DNA from: a virus | Length of the DNA: 64,000 nt | Virus record (IMG/VR): IMGVR_UViG_3300025767_001103 | Span: 21,751 to 85,750 of that record | Strand: one strand, 5' to 3' | Shown: piece by piece, positions 32,117 through 41,804 of the stretch | How positions within the stretch are numbered: position 1 is the stretch's first letter | Layout: each line of letters starts with the position of its first letter | Notes under the pieces: model-generated | Database searches by the model: none | Seen by the model: the letters and a program-made list of their open reading frames with translations, nothing else | Told to the model about the DNA's origin: nothing | Program-made: the position numbers and the translations under genes

Positions 32117-32726
32117 TATACAAGACGTTCTATTTTGGATGGATGCAATCCGTAATAGTGAGGATCGCTATCGTACATTAGAAAGCTTTTGGAAAGGACA
32201 AGTTAATAGTAAAGTATGGCTTGCAGAATCTCTAGAGCAGTTTATGCTATACGATAAACAACGAATTGCTATCTATGGAGGCTGGAATGGCGTACTTGCT
32301 AGTATTCTTTTTAATAGCAAATTAAACATAGAATATATTACAAGTGTAGATATTGATCCCGTATGTGAGGAAATTGCAAATACTGTAAATAAAAAATACG
32401 AGATGGAAAAAAGATTTCGAGCATTAACAGCAGATATGTGCGATGACAGGATTTCTTTTATGTTAAAATTTTCTAACATAATTATTAACACAAGTTGTGA
32501 ACATATTACACAAGATCAATATGATAAGTGGTTAGATAATCAGCCAAATGATGCATTGTTTGTAATACAAAGCAATAACTATTTTGATCATGAAGAACAT
32601 ATACGATGTTCTACTGACTTAGGTGATTTTGTACGCATGAGCAAAATTAAACCGTTGTGGCAAGGCGAGCTCGAAACACCAAAATATGCACGTTATATGA
32701 TTATAGGCAGAAAGAAAAATGTTTAA
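32106..32726 (+). CDS. Class I SAM-dependent methyltransferase-like protein
   Basis: IYGGWNG glycine loop, SVDID acidic strand, ADM and INTSCEH. Confidence 0.7.
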   Translation: MKVDIQDVLFWMDAIRNSEDRYRTLESFWKGQVNSKVWLAESLEQFMLYDKQRIAIYGGWNGVLASILFNSKLNIEYITSVDIDPVCEEIANTVNKKYEMEKRFRALTADMCDDRISFMLKFSNIIINTSCEHITQDQYDKWLDNQPNDALFVIQSNNYFDHEEHIRCSTDLGDFVRMSKIKPLWQGELETPKYARYMIIGRKKNV

Positions 32727-33786
32727 ATTTGATCAATTAGAAAATATACATTTAGAAATTACAAATCGTTGCCAAGCAAGCTGTCCGATGTGTAGTAGAA
32801 ACTATCACGGCGGTTTAGAAAATCCATTAATTAAAAATCAAGATTGGACAATTGACAATTTTAAACACATTTTGAATAGCGAAGTACTAAACCAAATAAA
32901 CGGTTTTTACTTTTGTGGAAACTTTGGCGATCCTATTATTAATAACGATTTAGCAGAAATGTGTAGTTATGCAACTGATGTTAATCCTAGTTTAGAGATT
33001 AGAATACACACAAACGGCGGAGCAAGAAGTAAAGATTGGTGGAAGAAACTTGCAAAAGTATTGCCTAATAAACATTGTGTTATTTTTGCAATTGACGGCT
33101 TAGCAGATACACATAGTTTATATCGTATTGGTACTGACTTTGACAACGTATTAAAAAATGCAAAAGCATTTATTCAAGCAGGCGGAACAGCAGAATGGGC
33201 GTTTATTAAATTTAAACACAACGAGCATCAACAACTTGCTTGTGAAGCATTAGCAAAAGAACACGGCTTTGCTAAATTTACATGCAAAGACAGTGCAAGA
33301 TTTGTTGCTACTGATAAGTTTGAAGTTTTAGATAAAAAAGGTCAGCTCGAATATTACCTAGAGCCTCCTACAGGAAGTAACATAACTCTTATAACTCAAG
33401 ATGTAATTGACAATTATAAAGATGTGGTAGACGCCAGTGAAATAGACTGTTTTGTTTTAAAACAGAAAGAAATTTATATAACTGCACAAAGAAACATTAT
33501 GCCTTGCTGTTTTTTAGCAAGTGCTCCGTATAATTATATACACCCTAATGATTTAGCTAAAGATATTAGACAAAAGATAAAATCACAGCACTCTAGTCTT
33601 ATTGCAGATTTAGGAAATACTAATGCTCTTAATCATTCTATAAAAGATGTAATAGATTCTAATGCTTGGCAAACAGTATGGGACAAGTACTGGCATGCAG
33701 AAAAACTAATTACATGTGCTAGAACATGTGGTGTAAATAAACTTAGTAAACCCAAAGATCAGTTTATAGACAAGGTAGAGATATAA
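32719..33786 (+). CDS. Radical SAM protein with C-terminal SPASM/twitch cysteines
   Basis: LEITNRCQASCPMC, CGNFGDP, HTNGG; C-terminal C...PCC...CARTC. Confidence 0.88.
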   Translation: MFKFDQLENIHLEITNRCQASCPMCSRNYHGGLENPLIKNQDWTIDNFKHILNSEVLNQINGFYFCGNFGDPIINNDLAEMCSYATDVNPSLEIRIHTNGGARSKDWWKKLAKVLPNKHCVIFAIDGLADTHSLYRIGTDFDNVLKNAKAFIQAGGTAEWAFIKFKHNEHQQLACEALAKEHGFAKFTCKDSARFVATDKFEVLDKKGQLEYYLEPPTGSNITLITQDVIDNYKDVVDASEIDCFVLKQKEIYITAQRNIMPCCFLASAPYNYIHPNDLAKDIRQKIKSQHSSLIADLGNTNALNHSIKDVIDSNAWQTVWDKYWHAEKLITCARTCGVNKLSKPKDQFIDKVEI

Positions 33787-35171
33787 TGTCAGATTTAGAA
33801 AAGTATCAAGCTGAAATTGCAGAAGTAAGCGGCACAGAAACATTTTGTGTGTTACCTTGGATACATATGGCAACTAGACCAAATGGCGATATGCGATTAT
33901 GTTGTACATCTAATGCAAGTGGCGCAGGTGATAATCATGAAGTAGGTCTTGTAAAAATGGAAGATGGCAAACCTGCAAACTTTGGTAAAAATACACCTTT
34001 GGAGGCATGGAATAACGATTACATGAAAAGTGTACGTACAACTATGCTTAATGGTGAAATCCCTGCAAGTTGTACAGGTTGTTTTAAAGAAGAAAGACAA
34101 GGTATTGTAAGTAAGCGTATCTGGGAAACAGGCACTTGGCATCGAGACGACAACGGTGTAGATATTCCTGAACTTATTCGTCAAACAAAAGAAGACGGTT
34201 CTGTGCCAGAAAATTTAAAATATTTGGATCTAAGATTAGGACATACGTGCAACATTAAGTGTGTAATGTGTAGCCCGCATGATTCAAGTAAGTGGGTTGC
34301 GGACCATAAAAAACTTATTACAGTATTACAAGATCCTGAAGTTAAACGACAAATGCAATGGGATCGCAAATTGTTTAATAACAAGTGGCACGAGAAAGAT
34401 TCATTCTGGAAAGAAATTAATGCACAAATTCCTAACCTAAGACAAGTGTACTTTGCTGGAGGCGAGCCTCTAATGATTAAAGAACACAAAATGTTTATTA
34501 AAGAAATTATTCGTCAAGGCTATCAAGATAAAATACTATTACGTTATAACTCAAACGGATTGCTTGTAGATGAAGAATTAATTGAGCTATGGTCAAAGTT
34601 TCATAAAGTTAAATTTGCTGTTAGTGTCGATGCAAGTTTTGAACGTGATGATTATATTCGCTTCCCTACAAAATTTGCTGATGTAGAACGCACACTGCAT
34701 ATGCTAGATAACACACCTGACAACATACATATTAGTATGGCAACAGCCGTGCAAATATTCAATATTAAACACATGCCTGATTTTATAAAGTGGAAAATAA
34801 ACAGTAATTTTAAAAAGATGAATATTGGTTTAGTAGGCGGAGTAAAAATGGGAGGCGGATTGGTTAACATGCATCTAGTACATATACCAACGTTTCTTAA
34901 TATTACAATACTACCAGAACAAGACAAACAAGAAGTGCGTGAACGTTTTGCAGAACTTAAAACATGGCTATGGGAAAATTACACACAAGACGATGATTTT
35001 TGGATACATAATCCATCTGGCTGGTCCAAGTGGGAAGGGTTGTTAACACACATGGATTCGGCAGATAACAGTCATTTACTTTCTGGATTTAAAGAGTATG
35101 TAAACAAGCTCGATGCTATCCGTGGTTTAAACGCAGCAGCTATATTTCCTGAACTAGCACACTTGCTATGA
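33786..35171 (+). CDS. Radical SAM protein with N-terminal twitch domain
   Basis: FCVLPW...RLCC...CTGC followed by CNIKCVMC and AGGEP. Confidence 0.9.
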   Translation: MSDLEKYQAEIAEVSGTETFCVLPWIHMATRPNGDMRLCCTSNASGAGDNHEVGLVKMEDGKPANFGKNTPLEAWNNDYMKSVRTTMLNGEIPASCTGCFKEERQGIVSKRIWETGTWHRDDNGVDIPELIRQTKEDGSVPENLKYLDLRLGHTCNIKCVMCSPHDSSKWVADHKKLITVLQDPEVKRQMQWDRKLFNNKWHEKDSFWKEINAQIPNLRQVYFAGGEPLMIKEHKMFIKEIIRQGYQDKILLRYNSNGLLVDEELIELWSKFHKVKFAVSVDASFERDDYIRFPTKFADVERTLHMLDNTPDNIHISMATAVQIFNIKHMPDFIKWKINSNFKKMNIGLVGGVKMGGGLVNMHLVHIPTFLNITILPEQDKQEVRERFAELKTWLWENYTQDDDFWIHNPSGWSKWEGLLTHMDSADNSHLLSGFKEYVNKLDAIRGLNAAAIFPELAHLL

Positions 35172-36139
35172 AAGAGCTAATTAAAATAGAAACAATGGAG
35201 TCTAAAAATAGACTCCGTATAGAGTATATGGTGGGAAACTATTGTAACTATAAATGTTTGTATTGCGGCGATTATGCTAACGGTGGAGATACTAGATGGC
35301 CAAACGACTACGAGTCATTGATAAAACATTTTACTCATCTATTAGATTTTTATATAGCAAACGGTAGAGATAGATTTGAAGTAAATCTGTTAGGTGGTGA
35401 ACCTACACTTTGGCCAAACGTTGCTAAATTTGCTAGAGACTTAAAAGCAATGTATAACGTAAAAGTTACAATGACTACAAATGGTAGTAGAACTATTCGA
35501 TGGTGGGAGAAAAATGCTAAAGCGTTTGATAAAATATTATTCAGCTATCACCACAAAGAAGCTGACTTGCCGCATTTTATAAATGTATTAGACACTGTTT
35601 ACGATCAAGGAATTCCAATGAACACGTTAGTAATGATGGATCCTACTGTTTGGGACGAGTGTATAGATGCAATAGAACAAATGAAACAAAGTAAAAGACG
35701 TTGGTTTATTAGTGCAATGGAAGTTCATCCTCCTCAGTATACCACAGAGCAGCGTGAGGTATTTAAAAAACATGCTAAGAGAAGGCCGCCCATCTTAAAG
35801 GTTTTAAAAGACGAATGGGAAAATGTTATTAAGGGAAGAACTAAACTAATATATAGCGACGGATCTAAAAAGCGTGTAGAACGTAACTATCTTTCAACAA
35901 ACAATCTAAATAATTTTAAAGGATGGATGTGTAATATAGGATTAGAAAATATTAATATACAAAAAGATGGAAGAATTACAGGCGTATGCGGAAATTTTGT
36001 ATATGGCGAACAACAACACTATAATCTATATGATCCTGACTTTGTTACTAAATTTAATCCTAAATTAGTTCCTAGCGTATGTACAAAATGTGTGTGCTGG
36101 TGTCAACCTGAACAACTAATGACTAAGTGGAAACCTTAG
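35168..36139 (+). CDS. Radical SAM protein with C-terminal twitch-like motif
   Basis: CNYKCLYC, GGEPT, TTNG; GWMCNIG...C...CTKCVCWC. Confidence 0.88.
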   Translation: MKELIKIETMESKNRLRIEYMVGNYCNYKCLYCGDYANGGDTRWPNDYESLIKHFTHLLDFYIANGRDRFEVNLLGGEPTLWPNVAKFARDLKAMYNVKVTMTTNGSRTIRWWEKNAKAFDKILFSYHHKEADLPHFINVLDTVYDQGIPMNTLVMMDPTVWDECIDAIEQMKQSKRRWFISAMEVHPPQYTTEQREVFKKHAKRRPPILKVLKDEWENVIKGRTKLIYSDGSKKRVERNYLSTNNLNNFKGWMCNIGLENINIQKDGRITGVCGNFVYGEQQHYNLYDPDFVTKFNPKLVPSVCTKCVCWCQPEQLMTKWKP

Positions 36140-37028
36140 TCAACGGAATATCAGCAGCACATGTACACCATGTACGTGTACACGTAATAGGAGCAACAGG
36201 CGATTCAAATGTTCCGTTATAGATGTTACCTAAACTTCCTCCTACTCTACAAGTAGCACGATGTACTTCTCCATCCCAGTTAATCATTAAGCTTTCTAAT
36301 CCAGCATTGCAAATCCATCCTTCGAACTGATTTAATTTATTCTTAATGACATCGTTAGCATGTATCATATCCTTTTCGTCTATAATACAGTTAGCTTTCA
36401 CAGTAGAAGTTTTGCTTAGAATCCATTCTAAATCTTTTTCTTTGTAGCGCATATCATCAAACCATTCACGGTCATCTGCTTCGGTCCATCGTATGCGTCT
36501 ACAAACATAGGGAACGTTATGTCCTTCTAGTAAGATAGCTGCTGCTCGTACGGCATCCATGTGTTCGTGATGTGCCATAAGATTAACTTGAAACAGTGTA
36601 GCCATACCCTCCATATCCAGTAATTGCGAATATCTAACAATGTTTTCAGCAGCTCGTTGACAGTGTTCGTTATCAAAATGCAAACTAAACACCCACTGAT
36701 TTACTGGTTGCTTGATATACCATTCTGCACTACGTAACCCGTTAGTTGTAACACTAAGCCATTGCAATCTTGCTCTAGCACATTCTAATATGTCATTAAT
36801 TTTAGGATGCACAGTGGGTTCACCGCCGGTTAAACTAAGACGTATTGCCTTGCCAATCTTTTCTAATTCGTAGATTGTATTAACCATAACGTCTAAGTCA
36901 GTGTGTGGACTAAAGTTATCGTGTATTTCCGCAGGACAATACCCGCAATCTAAGTTACAGCGTTTTCCTATGTTCCATTCAACATGAATACTAGTATGAT
37001 GTCCCCAGCGACTTTCTACTTTATACAT
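36123..37028 (-). CDS. Radical SAM protein with C-terminal twitch-like motif
   Basis: CNLDCGYC, TGGEPT, TTNG; GWICNAG...C...CTRTWCTC. Confidence 0.88.
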   Translation of the reverse strand: MYKVESRWGHHTSIHVEWNIGKRCNLDCGYCPAEIHDNFSPHTDLDVMVNTIYELEKIGKAIRLSLTGGEPTVHPKINDILECARARLQWLSVTTNGLRSAEWYIKQPVNQWVFSLHFDNEHCQRAAENIVRYSQLLDMEGMATLFQVNLMAHHEHMDAVRAAAILLEGHNVPYVCRRIRWTEADDREWFDDMRYKEKDLEWILSKTSTVKANCIIDEKDMIHANDVIKNKLNQFEGWICNAGLESLMINWDGEVHRATCRVGGSLGNIYNGTFESPVAPITCTRTWCTCAADIPLTKVST

Positions 37029-38286
37029 AAGGCTCGAACTCTGGATTGGTAGTAAGAAAGTCTTGGCTGCGAGTTTTATCTAATGCACGATTAAAGTTTA
37101 TACAATCTTGCCAATGTGTGTCGTACATGCACTTTGATTCTAAGAAATTAATATTATCTTGTATCTGTTGTAGTGTCACAGTTTCTAATAGTTTGTGTTG
37201 CTGTACCAAAGGATATTTTAATACTTCTGTTTTCATTTGTTCTAATCGATTAACAACTTTTACTTTTAGTTCAGGAGGGAGTACTTGCGCACTTAAACTC
37301 ATAGGATAAGTTACACGATGCGAATAAAATACAATGCCTAATTTATTAATAAAGTAATCGATTACTTTGTCAATCTGCATAATATTGTTTGCTTGTACAG
37401 TAAATGCACCGACTACTCTAGTTACATTAGGAAAACTCTTAAACACTTCGATGTTTTCTTCTATTTCGCTAAACTTGCCGTTGCCTCTAATGTACTCGTA
37501 AACGTCATGTATACCGTCTATGCTTACGTTTACAGCAACACTTTTAAACTTAGGCCAATAGTCGTGAATTGTTCTTCCACCTTTAATGCCCAGCGTAGTA
37601 CCGTTTGTAGCGTACTTAATTTCAATGTTATCACCATACTCTGCAAGTTTGTCTAGTATCTTGTAGTGATATGGATCCATTAGAGGCTCGCCGCCTGCAA
37701 ACTCCACACGTCTAAAGAACGGTAGTAGTTTTTCAAAACTTGACCACCAATTGTCTGAGTTATCAAACGGTCCAATATATTTGCCAGGTTTGTCTACTAA
37801 TGATTCTACAATAGGAATTAATAGATTATTTTCTTTTTTATAAAATTCTGTAACTTGATCCCAGTCTTTCCAACTAGTACTGTCTAACGGGTTACACATA
37901 CGACATTTTAAGTTACACAAGTTATTAAGTTTAATTTCCATTGTAGGAAGTTCAAACGGCATTGTATAATCTTCGTTTAATGCGGCTAATGCATTAGGAT
38001 ATAAGTTGACCCTAGCTTCAGGTATTACTCCTGCTGTATGACGCTGTCGTAAGCTCTGCACACCCTGATCTTCTAGGTCAAAGCACGGTTTACATACCTC
38101 TGGACGCTCGTCATTAAGTACTTGTCTACGCACTTCACGCATAGCATCGCCATTCCAAACTTCTTCTAATGTTTCATCTTGTATGTAACCGATAGGCGCA
38201 CTTCGGCAGCATACTTTAATAGCACCATCTTCCCTAGTAGCTAATCCTGTAAAAGGATGCATACAGAATGTACAACTTTTAGACAT
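37021..38286 (-). CDS. Radical SAM protein with N-terminal twitch domain
   Basis: FCMHPF...KVCC...CKPC followed by CNLKCRMC and AGGEP. Confidence 0.9.
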   Translation of the reverse strand: MSKSCTFCMHPFTGLATREDGAIKVCCRSAPIGYIQDETLEEVWNGDAMREVRRQVLNDERPEVCKPCFDLEDQGVQSLRQRHTAGVIPEARVNLYPNALAALNEDYTMPFELPTMEIKLNNLCNLKCRMCNPLDSTSWKDWDQVTEFYKKENNLLIPIVESLVDKPGKYIGPFDNSDNWWSSFEKLLPFFRRVEFAGGEPLMDPYHYKILDKLAEYGDNIEIKYATNGTTLGIKGGRTIHDYWPKFKSVAVNVSIDGIHDVYEYIRGNGKFSEIEENIEVFKSFPNVTRVVGAFTVQANNIMQIDKVIDYFINKLGIVFYSHRVTYPMSLSAQVLPPELKVKVVNRLEQMKTEVLKYPLVQQHKLLETVTLQQIQDNINFLESKCMYDTHWQDCINFNRALDKTRSQDFLTTNPEFEPYV

Positions 38287-38959
38287 TATCTATTCCCCAT
38301 TGACGTTCCTTGCACCAAAAACATTCTCCACATTCTGGCACATGTTGTCCTGGTATATATGTAGTATAATCCAAACCTTCAAACTCTCCTTCGCAACTAC
38401 GAGTAAGATTTAATAAGTCTACGATATCGTTTTCGTAGTACTGCCGTATGATCCAATCCTTTTTAGTATACACGAAAGGATGACAAATGTCAATCCCGTT
38501 ATGTACAAAATGAGGGGCCAACACACCTTCGTTACGTTCTTCCATTTCTCCAGGTATAGATATATCAGGATTCATATTTACACCACCGTATAATGCATCT
38601 AAGTTATATTGATGTGCAATATATTCATTATGTGAACGTAATATAATCCTATTACCTGATTTCATTTTACCATACTCGTCTTTAATAAGGTAATCAGTAG
38701 GCTCTTCTAATTCTGGCGGGACTAAATTTTTATGTACTGTAAAATTATTGTCAAACTTATTCTCAAGCCAGTCAATTACTCCATCAACAACAGGACCTTG
38801 CCATGGTCTTGTTTTCCACATACGTATTTGATTAGTAATATGTATATCTGTAGTTGTACTTACGTTTTTACATATCAAATAAGCAAGTAACGCACTATCG
38901 GCTCCGCCACTAAGACTAATGCCTATGCGTTTCCAAGTTTGGTCCAAATAAAGATTCAT
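38279..38959 (-). CDS. QueC-like PP-loop ATPase
   Basis: ISLSGGADS PP-loop; C-terminal TRSC...CGECFWC Zn-site pattern. Confidence 0.75.
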   Translation of the reverse strand: MNLYLDQTWKRIGISLSGGADSALLAYLICKNVSTTTDIHITNQIRMWKTRPWQGPVVDGVIDWLENKFDNNFTVHKNLVPPELEEPTDYLIKDEYGKMKSGNRIILRSHNEYIAHQYNLDALYGGVNMNPDISIPGEMEERNEGVLAPHFVHNGIDICHPFVYTKKDWIIRQYYENDIVDLLNLTRSCEGEFEGLDYTTYIPGQHVPECGECFWCKERQWGIDNV

Positions 38960-38964
38960 GCAAA

Positions 38965-38981
38965 TACTTATATACTAAATA
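38965..38981. promoter_or_regulatory. Divergent late-type promoter pair
   Basis: TAAGTA on - (38970-38965), 5 nt before ATG 38959; TAAATA on + (38976-38981). Confidence 0.65.
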
Positions 38982-39013
38982 TCTTATAATACGTATTATT
39001 GGCAGGATTTACT

Positions 39014-39673
39014 ATGCTTCAAACATTACCTTATACAGTTGATTCAACACTTCTTAATAAAGCACAGTGTTCTATTCCGTCTGTAGATTCTAAACTAACA
39101 ATCAACCAACCAACGGGTAATTTTTTTTACAACCCGTGGAAGATTAAAGAAGAATTTAAAGGCACTGTTTGGGAAACTCTTTTAAATACGTTGCCCTTGG
39201 ATATAGGCGAAGCAAGAATCATTGTACTCGGTCACGGAACAACTTATATGTCGCATACTGATATTGATGACAGATATCATCTAAGTATTAAAGGACAATA
39301 TTCTTTTTTAATTAATGTAGACGATGAAAAAATGTACCCTACAGTAGCAGACGGCCAGTGGTATGAAATGAATACCGGACTACGCCATGTAGCAGCAAAT
39401 TTTGGATCTTACGATCGTGCTCAGCTTGTTATAAGAAAACTTTTGAATAATGCTAATTTAAAAAATTATACAAATATAACAATTAAACCAGTATGTGAAA
39501 ATCCTAGATTTGAATTTGATGACTTAATTAGTCCTTGGTTAAATAAAATAAACAAACAGCACTTAATTAATAATTTTAGTATTTTGCAAGACGGCGTTAC
39601 ATTTAATTTAGACACTAATGCCATACATGAATTAGATAATATTGATATTGATAAATTTAAGGTAATAAAATAA
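39014..39673 (+). CDS. 2OG-Fe(II) oxygenase-fold protein (AspH-like) with C-terminal extension
   Basis: ARII...SHTD...RYH...MNTGLRHVAAN...R; start moved to ATG 39014 after AGGA. Confidence 0.7.
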   Translation: MLQTLPYTVDSTLLNKAQCSIPSVDSKLTINQPTGNFFYNPWKIKEEFKGTVWETLLNTLPLDIGEARIIVLGHGTTYMSHTDIDDRYHLSIKGQYSFLINVDDEKMYPTVADGQWYEMNTGLRHVAANFGSYDRAQLVIRKLLNNANLKNYTNITIKPVCENPRFEFDDLISPWLNKINKQHLINNFSILQDGVTFNLDTNAIHELDNIDIDKFKVIK

Positions 39674-41220
39674 TGCACCATGTACTTTTCTTTTCGTTAA
39701 CAGGAAAAAGATGGGAACGAGCACTTTGGCCACACCGTGTAGCTACATTTTTAAGAATGAATGAATGGGATGCCGAGGTAGTAGACTTTACAGCATTTTG
39801 GGAATTAGAAGAACTACAAGAGTTTGTGCGCAGTAGAACTACAAGTAAGACTGTTATGTTTTGTTTCGGCACTGCTTTCTTAAATCCTTGGAGCCCTTAC
39901 TTAAATGATTTTATTGCTTGGTTAAAAAATGAATATCCTGATATTCCAGTAGTAGTTGGTGGCAACAATGCTTTAACCACTCCTGCTGATAATGTAGATT
40001 ATTGGGTAGACAGTTACGGAGAAAATGCCATCCTTGCATTGTGTAAACATTTAATAGGCACATTAGGATCTCCTCTAAGAACCGATCCTACTTTTATGGG
40101 AAGCAAAAATGTTCTCAGAGGATTGCACCATTATCCATCGACACCACTAGACAATTATCTTGTAGACTATGAAACACGAGACTTTATAATGCCGTATGAA
40201 TGCCCTCAAATTGAAACTGCTCGTGGATGTATGTTTGAATGTAGCTACTGTAATTTTCCTCTGTTAGGACAATCTAAAGATGTCAGTGTAAGTAAAGAAG
40301 AATTCAAACGACAGATGCAGACTGGGTACGAGAAGTGGGGCATTAAGAATTGGCGTGTAATGGACGAAACTTTTAATGATCGTCCTTCAAAATTACAAAA
40401 GTATGCTGACGCAGTAGACGAACTAGGATACAATCCTTGGATCTGCGGCTTTGCCCGCGGGGACTTAGTTGTTAAACATAAAGAGCACTGGGACACTTAT
40501 ATTAGATTAGGGTTCCTAGGACATAGTATGGGACTCGAAACTTTTAACAGAGAAGCAGGCAAACTTGTGCGTAAAGGTATGGATCCGACACAAATACAAG
40601 AAGGATTATTAGAGTTTCAAGAATATACAGATATTCATGCTCCTAAGAGATATAGAGCAAACATACAATTAATATGCGGTATACCAGGAGAAACACACGA
40701 GTCTTGGCATAGTTCATTAAATTGGTTAAACACTAAATGGAATAGACAAAGTGCTAGCGCCCACATTTTAGAAATTGGCGATTATGATGAAAGCCTTACA
40801 AACCAAAGCCGATTTACTAAACAACTTAAAGACAACGGCTTGTTGAAAATTGAGGCTAAACAAAATCCAGGGTATGACGTCTATAAAGATGCTAACGGAA
40901 ATGTTGTCTTTAAGTCTACTACTCCACGAGGCGGTGGGGTAGGCAGCACTCGCAATGACATTGTTATATGGAAACATAATACTATGGATTGGTACCAAGC
41001 GCAGAATTTAGTAAAAGAATTTTATTCAGATGATGGATTTATTGGACTTCGAGGGTGCAATCCGTTTTTATCAGATAGATTATTTGTGCTAACAGAAGCA
41101 GAACGATATGAAGATATTTACGATATAAACATGTCACAGACAGATACTAACGATCCTAAGTTTAAAACTTTTGTGAAAAATTACATCGATAAAAAATTAA
41201 ATCATACACTTAGTAATTAA
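39673..41220 (+). CDS. Cobalamin-binding (class B-type) radical SAM protein
   Basis: N-terminal VATFLR...AEVVDF...PVVVGG B12-binding-like domain; ETARGCMFECSYC, DETFN, GLET and GIPGET. Confidence 0.85.
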   Translation: MHHVLFFSLTGKRWERALWPHRVATFLRMNEWDAEVVDFTAFWELEELQEFVRSRTTSKTVMFCFGTAFLNPWSPYLNDFIAWLKNEYPDIPVVVGGNNALTTPADNVDYWVDSYGENAILALCKHLIGTLGSPLRTDPTFMGSKNVLRGLHHYPSTPLDNYLVDYETRDFIMPYECPQIETARGCMFECSYCNFPLLGQSKDVSVSKEEFKRQMQTGYEKWGIKNWRVMDETFNDRPSKLQKYADAVDELGYNPWICGFARGDLVVKHKEHWDTYIRLGFLGHSMGLETFNREAGKLVRKGMDPTQIQEGLLEFQEYTDIHAPKRYRANIQLICGIPGETHESWHSSLNWLNTKWNRQSASAHILEIGDYDESLTNQSRFTKQLKDNGLLKIEAKQNPGYDVYKDANGNVVFKSTTPRGGGVGSTRNDIVIWKHNTMDWYQAQNLVKEFYSDDGFIGLRGCNPFLSDRLFVLTEAERYEDIYDINMSQTDTNDPKFKTFVKNYIDKKLNHTLSN

Positions 41221-41804
41221 TATCCAATTATGTGAAACATAAACTTTGGAGTCATACCTGCATTAATACCACTGTGCCACTCGTTATGATTATTCCAACG
41301 AAATATTGATCCTTGAATACAGTTATACAAATAATCTTCCCCTAGCATAAAAATATGTCCGGGAGTTTTATCTCCCATCATAATACTGTAGCGTTTGATT
41401 TCACCATGCTTTAAATATTCTTGTTCATTATCATCAACATCCCAATGCCAAGGAGCATAGTATCCAGGATCAACTCTGCTAATCCAAGCGCGGTGAACAC
41501 CTTTTAATCGTAAATAAAATGCAACATCATCGACAAACTCCTGTGAGAACTCTTTTCCAGGATAGTAGTTTGTCCACTTCATGGCAGAAGAATTAAAATT
41601 AGCTTCCTTCCAAATAGAATGAATTTTTCCATAATTGCTATTATCTAAGTTCCAGCGACTAGGGTCAGTAGTAACATCTGAGCCTTGTTTGTCTGTTAAT
41701 GATTCGATTAATTCTTTTAAATTCATGCGTCTATATGCATTTAGAAACGCACAACTTTTTAAAGTTAGTAATCTTCTGTCGTAGGCTGCACCAGGATTGT
41801 GCAT
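41217..41804 (-). CDS. 2OG-Fe(II) oxygenase-fold protein
   Basis: PWHWD, GHIF and WHSGIN. Confidence 0.75.
   Translation of the reverse strand: MHNPGAAYDRRLLTLKSCAFLNAYRRMNLKELIESLTDKQGSDVTTDPSRWNLDNSNYGKIHSIWKEANFNSSAMKWTNYYPGKEFSQEFVDDVAFYLRLKGVHRAWISRVDPGYYAPWHWDVDDNEQEYLKHGEIKRYSIMMGDKTPGHIFMLGEDYLYNCIQGSIFRWNNHNEWHSGINAGMTPKFMFHIIGY

Noticed and set aside
38279-38959. 7-deazaguanine DNA modification pathway
   Set aside because: Only a QueC-like gene is present; folE, queD, queE and dpdA were not recognised in the window.
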